Positions 51,855 to 62,735 of a DNA stretch of 64,000 nucleotides are shown piece by piece; position 1 is the stretch's first letter, and every line of letters starts with the position of its first letter. This DNA comes from Hemiscyllium ocellatum (taxonomy: Eukaryota), in the NCBI RefSeq assembly GCF_020745735.1, contig NC_083448.1:6508006-6572005 (forward strand), read 5' to 3'. The position numbers and the translations under genes were made by a program. The notes beneath the pieces are model-generated. The model was not told the origin of the DNA, did no database searches, and saw only the letters and a list, made by a program, of their open reading frames with translations.

Positions 51855-52057
51855 TTTGGAGATGCCAGTTTTGGAATGGGGTGCACAAAGTTAAAAATCA
51901 CACAACACCAGGTGAAAGTCCAAAAGGTTTAACTGGAAGCACACTAGCTTTCGGAGCGTCGCTCCTTCATACCACCTGATGAAGGAGCGACGCTCCGAAA
52001 GCTAGTGTGCTTCCAATTAAACCTGTTGGACTATAACCTGGTGTTGTGCAATTTTTA
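51855..52057. mobile_element. Fold-back pLTR hammerhead element, second family, with a 14-bp TSD
   Basis: The inner arms of about 80 bp are nearly perfect inverted repeats. TSD actcagaagcttga (51841-54) and actcaaaagcttga (52058-71). The flanks rejoin into one LINE sequence. Confidence 0.9.
51973..52007 (+). ncRNA. Intact minimal hammerhead motif with an AGCU stem III
   Basis: CAC CUGAUGA (51976-82) A GGAGC GAC GCUCC GAAA (51997-52000) GC UA^GUG. Stem I is CAC/GUG and the cleavage triplet is CUA. Activity untested. Confidence 0.72.
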
Positions 52058-52071
52058 ACTCAAAAGCTTGA

Positions 52072-52500
52072 CAGTATTGAAGACAAAGCAGCCCACCTGA
52101 TTGGCACCACACTCACAAGCATCCACTCCCAGCACCACCAACACCACTCTGTAGTAGTTACATGCACTGCAGAAATTTACCAAAGATGTCCGAGACAGCA
52201 CTTTCCAGACCACGACCATTTCCATCCAGACGAATAAGAGTAGCAGATAACATGGGAACACCACCTCTTGCAAACTGCCCTCCAAGCCACTCACCATCCT
52301 TACTTGGAAATATATCACTATTCCTTCAATGTTGCTGGGTCAAAAAATTCCTTCCCTGGGGGTATTATGGGTCAATCCACAGCTCAGGGACTGCAGTGGT
52401 TCAAGAAGGCATTTCACCACCAGCTATGGAACAGCACTAAATGCTGGCCAGCTAATGATGCTCATATCCCAAGAGTGAGTCGAAGAAAAATGAGCTTGAG
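52072..52500 (+). mobile_element. 3' part of the second LINE family
   Basis: gacaaagcagcccacctgattggcacc...gcagtggttcaagaaggcatttcaccaccagc...gctggccagctaatgatgctcatatccc; homologous to 42325-42730 and 62355-62735. Confidence 0.7.
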
Positions 52501-52589
52501 GCATTCTCAACACCATTCCAAAGATCTCACATAATGTCATAATTAATTGAGCACTTGATTGGCCATTTCACTATAAAACCCTTACGGTC

Positions 52590-52826
52590 GGGCCACATGA
52601 TGACTCAGCTGTTAGCATTGCTGCCTCACAGCACCAGGAACCCGGGTTCAATTCCAGCCTCGGGTGACTGTCGGTGTGGAGTTTGCACGTTCTCCCTGTG
52701 TAGGTGTGAGTTTCCTCCAGGTGCTCTGGTTTCCTCCCGCAGTCCAAAGATGTGCAAGTTAGGTGAATTGGCTAGGCTAGATTGTTGGGCCCAATGGCCT
52801 GGTTCCACACTGTCAGGATTCTATGA
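52590..52826 (+). mobile_element. HE1-like V-SINE, internally deleted
   Basis: Has a B box (gggttcaattcc), a V-domain and the tail ggattctatga. Confidence 0.85.
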
Positions 52827-55144
52827 CGAGTGCAAGTCATGGAAAAATATCACCCAACGCAGTAACAAATTTGTAAACTAAACTATCTTTGTGAAACATC
52901 AGATTTAAGTCTTTTGCAATCTCTTTATTGCAACAATAAATGATCTTCAATCTGTCCTGTTTATTTCTGGGAAGTCAAAAGGATGTTTGTCAATTGAAGT
53001 GCAAATATGTACTGTATGTGATTCCCTTAAGTATACATGTCAACAGCATTTTAGAATTTGGAGAACAACAGACATTTGCTATCAATGATGACCTTTCCCC
53101 TCTACGTGTCCTGATTATGTGCAACAGACTGAAGAATGCAGGACTGTGCTAAGTGCTGTAATTTACAGAACCAGCTTATATTATCTTGATCTGAAAATGT
53201 GTTGCTGGTTAAAGCGCAGCTCCTTCGACTGAGTGAACTGGTCCTCACCTCCTTCAACTGACTGAACTGGTTCTCACCCTGAACAACCATCTCCTCTATA
53301 TTATCTTGATGCAGGACTAAATGGTTTTATTAATATGGGGAGAAAACCTGGTAAATTCTTCAGCTCTTCAATAAATTTAAGGAATTCTTGACAATAGCTT
53401 GAGAACTGAAAAGGTTCTAAGCACGCTCCCTTTTTAATAAATTATTTATCAATGCTTCCACTTACTTTTAATATTGGAAATCCAGCTATCAAAAGACCTA
53501 ATTCTGCATTTTGTGGTCATTGCTGTAGTAATTACTATTGTGATTCAGAACTTGGTGATTTAATCCAGGAAATTAATTTAACAAAGTACGTCTTTAGACT
53601 TTAGCAAGGAAGAGGTTTGGTCTGAGCAAAGGAAAACCTACAAAGGTCCCATTGTTCAAAACTTAATAATACTTAGGTTCCTCATCACTCTCTCCAAACC
53701 AGTGTCAGTGAAAGGATTTCTGGAAAAATATTGAGTCAGACATTACCAGCAGGTAGGTAGGCAAACAAAGACTGCAATATGGAATGTTGATGCCAGTAAG
53801 GAAACAACATTCAATCAGGTTTTTAAAAGCAGACTTCTGTCCAGTATCCCGCCCTTCCCAGAGCTTCAGGCAAAATCTGCAACCAACTCTTCAAAGATGC
53901 AAAACTACAAATTGATGGTTCATCCCAAACAGACAAAAGGCAGCAGCTGGCTAACCACCAATAATCTTCCTCTTAATTTTATTCAGTCAAAATTAACCAC
54001 AACCCATACCACCCTGTTTCCATCCATATTACAAGAAGGTAACTGCAATTCACTATCTATCTCAATATCATTCTGTGTAGTAATGATTTCCAAGAAAAGA
54101 GATGTTGATTGAAAGAACAAAGGTTGGTGCATTGTTCTGATTATCTAAAACTATAAACATATCAGCATTTCACAAATATTCAATATTCCAACTTTCCATT
54201 TCAAAACAAAAAGAATCAGTATTATATCGCTCGTATCAGAACTCATGATCATCTTCCAAGAATTATTTTTACTCGTGACTTTCCTGTCCCTTTTGTGAAG
54301 AAGTTCACAAGGTAAGAGACTTCACATTAAATACTTCACACCAATTCAGCATGCTCTTTAGTAAAAGAAAAAAGGCAAGAAACAGGAACAAGGGTAGGTC
54401 ACAAAGCCCCTCGAGCTGGTTCTACCATGCAATAAATTTTAATTGCTTTTTTGTTTGAAGAGTGCCAAACCTCTAGCACCTTTTATATATACAGCTGCTG
54501 CACAAAATCAAATCTCTTGTAATCTATAGCTCCAAAATAAAGGCCAGCCCTGCATCTGAGCTCCTTAAACTATAGCTGCTTGAGAACCCCAGAGTTTAAT
54601 TGTAACGTTGTTGGGCGAGTCTTCAGCTGCCATGGCCCTAAGCCCCAAAATTCTCTCCGTAAACCTTTACGTCCATCATTTTCATTCCTTGTTTAGGATA
54701 TTTGCTAAAATTTGGCCAAACATTTGGTCATTTCCACTAATCCTGCCGTATGTGGCTCAGTGTCAAATTTTGCTTTAAAATGCTTGTTTGAAATGCTTTG
54801 AAATCCTCTGTTACACTGTCACTGTCTTAAAAACTGTTAGAACATTTATTCAACATCAGCAGAAATTTTGTATAAACTCAGCAGGTCTGGCAATATCTCT
54901 AGAGAGACAGCAATGTTAATGTGGAGTCCAGCCACCCTTCTTCAGAACTGACAGCAGTTAGCAAAAGGTAGTCTTTACGCTGATGACAGAGGGATGGGGG
55001 TTGGGGAATAACAGGTGAAGATGGAGCCCAAAGCGAGAGAAAGAAAGTTAGCCAGACAAAGGGGTGGCAGGTAGTAAGCTATGGAAGGAAGAAAACGAAT
55101 AACAAGGACAATGAATACATAAAAATGGGTTGGCTGTGCTGAAA

Positions 55145-55371
55145 GTAGTCAAAAGGCATGGTACTGGAAAAGCACAGCTGGCCAGGCAGCAGCCGAGAAG
55201 CAGGAGAGTCTATGTTTCATGCATAAGTTCTTCTAATCTTCACATTCCTGATGAAGAGTTTATGCTTGAAACATTGACTCTCCTGCTCCTCGGATGCTGC
55301 CTGACCAGCTTTGCTTTTCCAGTACCATACGTTTGACTCTATCTCCAGCATCTACAGTCCTTACTTTCTCC
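55145..55371. mobile_element. Older fold-back pLTR hammerhead element with an 11-bp TSD
   Basis: TSD ctgtgctgaaa at 55134-55144 and 55372-55382. The core CTGATGA is at 55248-54 with decayed stems (GAGT-TTAT-GCTT-GAAA-CA-TT). Confidence 0.8.
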
Positions 55372-55427
55372 CTGTGCTGAAATCAGCCTGTGTTGTGACA
55401 AGCCTGAGCTGTAGGGTGGGTAAAACT

Positions 55428-55750
55428 CACAGAATCCAAACGTGTGGAAACAGGCCAGTCAACCCACCAAGTCCATACTGCCTCTCTGAATGGCATCCCA
55501 ACCAGATCACCCCTCCCACCCCACCCTAACCACGTAACCCCACACGTCCATGGCTAGTCCACCTCACCTGCATATCCCTGGACACTATGGGCAATTTAGC
55601 CTGGCCAATGCACCTAACCTGCACAACTTTGGACTGCGGGAAGAAACCAGAGCACCCGGAAGAAAGCCATGCAGATATGGGGAGAATGTACCAACAGCAC
55701 ACAGTTACCCAAGGGTGGAATTGAACCTGGGTTCCTGGCACTGTGCTGCC
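55428..55750 (-). mobile_element. HE1-like V-SINE
   Basis: The reverse complement shows the head (ggcagcacagtgccaggaacccaggttcaattcc), the V-domain and the tail. Confidence 0.85.
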
Positions 55751-56624
55751 CAGATGAAGGACATGGAAGGTGGTATTCAGGCTCTAAAATTTTTTAACTC
55801 GATCCTGAGTCCTGAAGACTGCAGTATTCCCAATGCAGAAGATGAGATACTATTGTTCCAGTTTGCAGTGAGCTTTGCTGGAACACTGCTGCAAGCCCAA
55901 GATAGAAATGTTGGACGAAGAAGTGCTGTGGTGTGTTGAAGTGGCAGGGAACCTGAACCTCAGGGTCATTTTTTCACAGAGAACATAGGTGTTCTATAAA
56001 GCAGTGACCCAGTCTTCCCTATGTCTTCATCGGTTTACAGAAGACATTGTGAGCAGCGAATGCACTAAATTGACATTATTCCCACTTTCCAACACTCGGC
56101 CTTTCTGTTTGTAATGTTTTCATCAGCTTTCTCTCTGATCTTCTGTGCATCTTTGCCTTTCTCCAACCTTTTCTCTCTTGTTCCTATAAGTGCAGTGAAT
56201 CTTTGTCGCACTGCCGTTAGGCGATGTTATCTTTCCTGATTAGCATTCCCGCTAATTTTTTACCTTCTGTGCAAATCTCAAAAGTTCATTTTAGGATATC
56301 AGGTCGACATGGAGCAGTTGGACAGAAGCATCTGCTCCATGCTGTACAACTATTTGACTCTATGATTATGGCCAAGCCTACTTCTCTCTTGAATTCCATA
56401 TTCCCACCTGATGACATTAGATTTTGTTAGACAAGGGAATCGGAGTTTTCTCCCTTAAAAATATTCCATAACACATTTTTACTGCTTTCTGAGACAGGGA
56501 GTTTCAATGCTACAAACCATCTTGAGAGAAAAAAGTACTCAGCACCTCTGCCTTAAAAAAATGTCTAATTTTAAAACTGTGCCCCCATGGTGTGACTGTT
56601 TCTCACTCAGTGCTATGGAAACAT

Positions 56625-57020
56625 GCTGCGTTAGATCAATTCCAGGCAGTTGGTAAAGTATGAAGTGAGACACTAGCAGTTTATTTGATGATATGTGTTA
56701 TCCACACATACGGATGAGGAAGGACACCATTTCGACTGGGACAACACATCCATCCAAGGACAAACCAAACAAAGACATGCCCGAGAATTCCTGGAAGCAT
56801 GGCATTCCAACTGGAACTCATTAACAAACACATCGAGTTAGACCCCATCTGCCACCCCCCGAGAAAGGAACACGAAGTGACTTCATCACAGGAAATAATA
56901 TCACCAACCCAAAGAAACTCAAACATATCAACAGAAAGGTCCAGTGAAGATGTTACCTAGTAGGGTAACGAAATGTCTGGAAATGAATCTTGCAGCTCAG
57001 CAAGCAAACCTACATTCAGT
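56625..57020 (+). mobile_element. Penelope-like element 3' relic: GIY-YIG endonuclease C-terminus followed by a pLTR with a hammerhead
   Basis: From 56698: LSTHTDEEGHHFDWDNTSIQGQTKQRHAREFLEAWHSNWNS, frameshift, INKHIELDPI, matching the Penelope endonuclease C-terminal pattern H.FDW.N..IL......R.F.EA.H....NSIN. A hammerhead follows at 56941-56980. Confidence 0.85.
56941..56980 (+). ncRNA. Hammerhead motif with two point mutations
   Basis: CCA [G]UGAAGA U GUUACC UAGUAG GGUAAC GAAA [U]G UC^UGG. Stem II has 6 perfect pairs and stem I is CCA/UGG. C3 is changed to G and ACGU to AUGU. Confidence 0.7.
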
Positions 57021-58859
57021 TGACTTCCCTTCTCTCTCCTCCCAGCACCAGGTCCCACAAACTCTGGACATTCTCCAGCTCCAAAGTGTTCTTCTGGGAA
57101 ACTTAATTCTATTGTTACAGGCAGCAAGCATGCTTGTCAGATCAAATCAAATTATCTTCTGCAGGTCACACTCTCAATCTCATTTGGATTATCCTGACTC
57201 CGAACACTAATGGGTACAGCGAGCCCATTTTGATCCTTTATCTCTCCAAGTTGTTGAAGTGTGTCATTTTCCAATTAAAGCCCACCTTTTCAAACATCGA
57301 CATGCATCGGCAGATACGTACATCTCACATTGTACTGTTCATTCTCAGATCTGTGTGCTGTTAACAAGGCTACTCTTTGATGTCCACACATATTGCATGT
57401 AGTTTGATGCAACTGAGTGGCTTGCTGAGCTACTTCAGTTCGCAGGTAAGAGTCAACTACATCGGGGCTAAGACCAGGTATACAGCAGGTTTTGTTACAA
57501 AGGAGGAGTATTCAGTTGGGCTTTTATGACCATTCAAAAGTTTTATGGTCATTTTTACTGATAACATTTTATAGTTCCAGTCTTTTTTTTGAAACTGAAC
57601 GAAAATTTTCAATCAGCATTGTGACATTATAATTCAAATTATCTGGATTATTTGTGCAATGGCTCTGGTTTACTGCTACAACGACCAACTCCACAATACC
57701 CTTGCCCTGTTCAACATTGAATCTGGGGTCCTACTAACATTTTCTCAGTGCTCAAACTAGTTAAATTACACCAATAGTTTGAAGGTTCAGGCTGCACAAC
57801 TATGAAATGTATCTCTGCTCAATCAACTTTGTTTATAGTTCAAAACATATGTCTTAAAATTTTAAAACTCAGAACAAACTGAACTGGCAGAAAAACAGCC
57901 CCAACTCATTAGAAGGGGGAGGCTTGCAGTTAGAAATGGGGAATCAAAGGTTACGGGAAAAAAAATGCAGGGAGGTGGAGGGGGGAATATTGTATCAGCC
58001 ATAATCCTAATGAATGGCAGATTTCTCTGAATGACCTACTCCTGTTCCTCTTTCTTATGGTAACAGCAGACGGTGTTGGGAGGGATGTGGTGAGCATGAA
58101 AATGACAGGGTGGAAGAGAAGTGGCAGGGACAACAATGCAATAGTTTTAAGGTGTGGCACTTGGAGAGGCATCTCGGTAGCAGCAAGAATCAGAATGTAA
58201 GAGCACTGGTAGTAAATGATGAGGTCGTATGTGACTATTACCATATAATATTTGAGAGGGGATATTTAGGGATGAGCCAAACATTCAGAAGTCTCTGGAA
58301 CTTTTAGTGAGAGCAGACTGAATGCTTGGTGTAATAGGTGGTGTGTGGTAAGTGAATATAAGAAGAATGAAGAGGCTTACTTAAATATTGGAAGGCACTA
58401 AAGTGGCATTGCATTCAAAATTATTGGAAAGATTGGTATCGAATACTACTCCGGCATTTTGGCAGCAATTTTGAGGCAAAGGAAAAATTGCACTTCTTTA
58501 AAATTAAAATTAAGCTCAAAAGTACTGATAACATTTGAAAGAAAGAAAAACATGTCCGTTTATAGAGGTCCTCTCACAACCTCAGGATATTAATTGAGGG
58601 TTTGTAAAAATTATATAAGGGACGAGTCAAATAAGTGCAAGGTATTGTGAACAGGCTTGGGCCTCTTATCTAAGATATAAAAGCCTTCTGTGGGTGGAGA
58701 ATGGGTGTATGTTTGTAAGTCATTTTGTGCAATACGTGACAATGTAATAAAGCTGTTCATACATTTGTGGAAATGTTTGCATGTCAGATCTTTAATATTA
58801 ATACATCCTTGTGTGGAATCTTGTTCATAACAAAAAGCATTCACAGGTACCCACTTGTA

Positions 58860-59490
58860 CTGATATTGAAAGCAATCCAGAGAAGGTTCATTCGGTTGAT
58901 ACCAGATTTGGAGGAATTACCTTATTATTAGACATTGAGTTTGCACTCAGAGTAATTTAGAAGCATAAAGATGACATTATTAAAACAAGATTCTCAGCAG
59001 ATTTTACAGATTTCTCCTTGTGAGAGAGAGTCTAGGACCAGACAGCATAATCTCAAAATAAGAGATTACACATTTAAATGAGAAATGAGGAGGAATTTCT
59101 TCTCTTCAGAGGCAGTAAATTTATGGAATTCTTTACCACAGAAGGCAATCATGGTTGGGACATTAATTATATTCAAGCTTGGCCATGCTAAATTGCCCAT
59201 AGTGTTAGGTGAAGGGGTAAATACAGGGAAACGGGTTTGGGTGAGTTGCACTTCGGCGGGTCGGTGTGGACTTGTTGGGCCTCAGGCACTGTTTTCACAC
59301 TGGAAGTAATCTAATCTAGTCTCATCTAAAGTAGAGAGATTTTTAATCAGTAAGGGGAATTGAAGGCTACAGGGAAAAGGCAGGAAAGTGGAAGTTGAGG
59401 ATAATCAGATCAGACAAAATCATGTTGAATGGCAGTGTCGTCTCAAAAGGCTCAATGGTCTACTACTGCTCCTACATCTCACGGTCTTAT
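58860..59490 (+). mobile_element. Decayed CR1 3' fragment containing a 5'-truncated V-SINE (59178-59329)
   Basis: MRRNFFSSEAVNLWNSLPQKA is interrupted by ttggccatgctaaattgcccatagtg...gtaatctaatctag and then resumes into the CR1 3' UTR. Confidence 0.75.
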
Positions 59491-59584
59491 TTTTTAAAGT
59501 CTGTTAAGTACATTGAAGAAGTATAGTACTGTTGTGATGAGGTCAAACTGTGGCAGCCAGCAATTAGATCATTTTATTTGACTG

Positions 59585-59820
59585 TGATACTGGTTGAGAG
59601 ATAAGTATCAGCCAAGAGACCAAGGATAACATCCTTGCTCTTCAAAGCAGTGTGCTTGGATATTTTACATCTTTTGGAAAGCAAGGTGAGGGATGTGTGT
59701 TAAATTCTCATTCACATGACAGCATTTCAAACAAAAGAGCACTTCCTCAGAATGAACTAGATTTTGCACCAGAAGTGAAACTTGAACTTACAACCATCAA
59801 TCAGAGGCTGGATACCCAAG
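59585..59820 (-). mobile_element. Degenerate Deu-domain SINE
   Basis: The minus strand has ggttgtaagttcaagtttcact...ctgaggaagtgct...gatgtaaaatatccaagcacactgctttgaagagcaagg...ctcaaccagtatcac; same family as 5373-5632. Confidence 0.55.
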
Positions 59821-62354
59821 AAAGAACCCTGGTTTGTTTAGCTGATCTTGAACAGGACAGAATATGGGATGATACACTGGTCTTGGATGTATTTTATGAA
59901 TTGCTTGTCAACTGAATTTGTCTGGGCTTGTAAGACATGTCGAATTTTGGGAGATATCAGAAGGCTGCTAGCACTCAATGCCAAGTCAAAATTTGAAAAT
60001 GGGTTGAGGAAAAAATTGAATCTGAATGATTCCTGAGAGCAATCTAGTACATTGGTCAAAAACAGGAAGAACTTCATATTTGTCTTGTATACATAAAAAT
60101 TTATGTAATTCTGATATTTATAAACCGTCGGACAGAGGGGAGAGCAAATGGACAGCTGTTAAAATTTTACTTAAAAGGTGCCAACTAGGTGTTGTAATGA
60201 AAGAAACGGTGTACGAAGAAGCCAGACATTTTTGAACTAATTATAAAATTTGGCATTACATAAAGATGTTATGGGACAGCCCATCTTTGCTAATCATATT
60301 AAACATGTGCGTGCAGATTACACAAGTGCTGTACATTTTTGTCCTCAGGAACATGATTGCAACAACACACCTTCTCCACTGTCCCCATGCCAAAAGTAAG
60401 CGATGTCTATATTAGACTCAAACTGAATCACCAGCTGCTGTCCATTTGCTTTTCCTTCTGTTCTACAGTTTATAAATATCAGATTACATATATTTGGATG
60501 TACATAAGGCAAATATGGAGTTTTTCTTGTTGTTTTTAACCAATGTACCAGATTGTACTCAGAGATAATTCAGATTCAATTTTTTTTCCTCAACCCATTT
60601 TCAAATCTGGGCTTGGCATTGGGTGACTAGAAAATAGTGAAATCTAGAGGATCCCTTTTTGATGGAAATGGTCCTCGATCCGCATTAGACAACTCAATGT
60701 AAGCTGTCAGCTGTGGTAACATATCTACACAAAGCTCATCCAAGCAAGGCATCGTTGTTGGGCCACTGATCTCAATGGCTGTGGCCTTCAGATATAACCT
60801 GTCAGGGAAATACAAAGAGAAAGACTCTGGGGTTGGTGGTATCAGCTGCCTCATTATCAGAGGATTTGTAAACACAGCTGAATACTGGAAGTCAGGAAAC
60901 AGATACCCTCCTGATTTTTATGATGTCAGGAAGATTACTTATAAAGCAGCTGAAGATGGTTCAGCCATTGAAAAGGAATCCCAACAGCAATAATCTTCTA
61001 CAGCCACAATGACTACCTTCTGAAAACTATAACTACTTTATTTCGTATCTGGTAGAAATTAATAGAAATTTGCATTTGACAACAACCATCTCAGTTTCAA
61101 TGGTTCCTTGGTGCAATATCCAGCTGAATGCTGTCATGATGGGCAGTTACTCTCACCTCTCCTTAACAATGCAGCGATGCTATCAATCAACTTTGAGATA
61201 TAGTCTGGACCTTAATGGCTTTGGAGAACCTGACCTAAATATCAAATCCTTTAAAACTGTTACGCAGATAACACTTCAGCACCACTGTGATACTACTTCT
61301 CCAATGCATGAAGCCTGATGTGTAACTGAAGAATAAAATAAAAAGTCTTTCGTCAGTGAAATAAATATTCCTCTGCCTAGTGGCTTTAAGGGGTCTCTGT
61401 GAAATAGGCGAACACAGTCACAACCTTGTTCCTGATGTTCTACTTACACAACTTGAAATCAATTACTGTGATAAGTCCTTAAAAGAATAATCCATTTTCA
61501 GGACATGGGTGCCAAGTAATTTGTACAAGATATTCTGTTATTCCCATAAAGTACAGCTGCAGGCCAATCCTTTTATAAAACCTCTTCCCCTTCCCACAAG
61601 GGCTGTAAAGTTCAAAGTCATAATTAAATCAATTACTTGCCCAAAATGAGACTCTCAGTCAGAAGGGTGAAGCCTCCTGCTTCCTACACAGCATGCCATT
61701 AGCAGACTTTGCAGAAACCACATCCTGCAGTTCAGTTCCCTACTCCAGAAGTCTTTGTTATCCACATTGTGTGTTGGACTCAGATCTCACTTCCTCATCT
61801 CTGCTGCAGGCATGCCATACATACTGAACAAACAACATTAAAGAATTATTGCGTACTTACATGGCAAGCACATTTAACTGGCAGTGTTACAAATTTAAGG
61901 TTTACAGCCTTCCATCAACTTTACAATATAAATCCTGTTCCCTCAGGATCAATGGAATCTTACATTTTCCAAGAACTGGTAGGCAGGTGGCTTGCTCTTC
62001 ATTCTTTGCCTGATGTTCAATGATGAGTGTTACTTGGGTAGTCCAATGGACAGAATTATGACAGAATGCCTGCAATAGCTTTAATATTATATAGAATGGA
62101 AATCTGTGGCTTAGACTCAGATGGAGAACTTTGCAGACTTGTGGAGATTGCAAAGATTCTTGATTACCAAGGGGATGAAAAATTATTGGTCATATACAGG
62201 AGTATAGAGTTGAGGTCAAAATCAGATCAAATATGATCCTATAGAATGATGGAGCTGGCTGAAATGATCGAGTGGCCTTCTCTTGTTCCTAGTTTATATG
62301 CTGCAAAACCTGAGGGCTTCTTAATCAGCATGAAACAAATTTCAATACCACACT

Positions 62355-62735
62355 GAAGAGTGTGGTATGTTGGTGCATCTGCTGTCTGTCTTTTGTATGT
62401 GAGAGAAATCACAGGCTTTGAAGAATTCTTGGTGAGTCACAGAGTGCTTCTTCTGGATGGTACAGAAACTGTTGTCACTGTGTTTCAGGAGCAAATGTTT
62501 AAAGGAGTGCTTAGGATTTTAATCAAGTGGAAAGTTTTGCCTGGATGGTGTTGAACTTCTAGTTTATTATTGCAGCTGCTTTCACTGATTCAAATGAAAA
62601 GTATTCCATCACACTCCTGGTCTGTGCCTTGTGGATGGTGGATAGGTGAGGGGAATTAGGAGTGAGTCATGTGCCACATAATTCCCAGTCTCCGACTTGC
62701 TCTTCTCGTCATAGGATTTATATGGCCAGTCCATT
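62355..62735 (-). mobile_element. 3' part of the second LINE family
   Basis: ggatggtgttgaacttct...gaaaagtattccatcacactcctggtctgtgccttgtggatggtggatagg; same family as 42325 and 52072. Confidence 0.65.

Noticed and set aside
38322-52057. Fold-back elements as DNA-transposon MITEs or miRNA precursors, or recurring repeats as a CRISPR array
   Set aside because: The arms are asymmetric, TSDs are long and variable (11-16 bp) rather than fixed, single-arm copies exist, and the core matches Penelope hammerheads. Copies are dispersed, not regularly spaced, and the context is eukaryotic.
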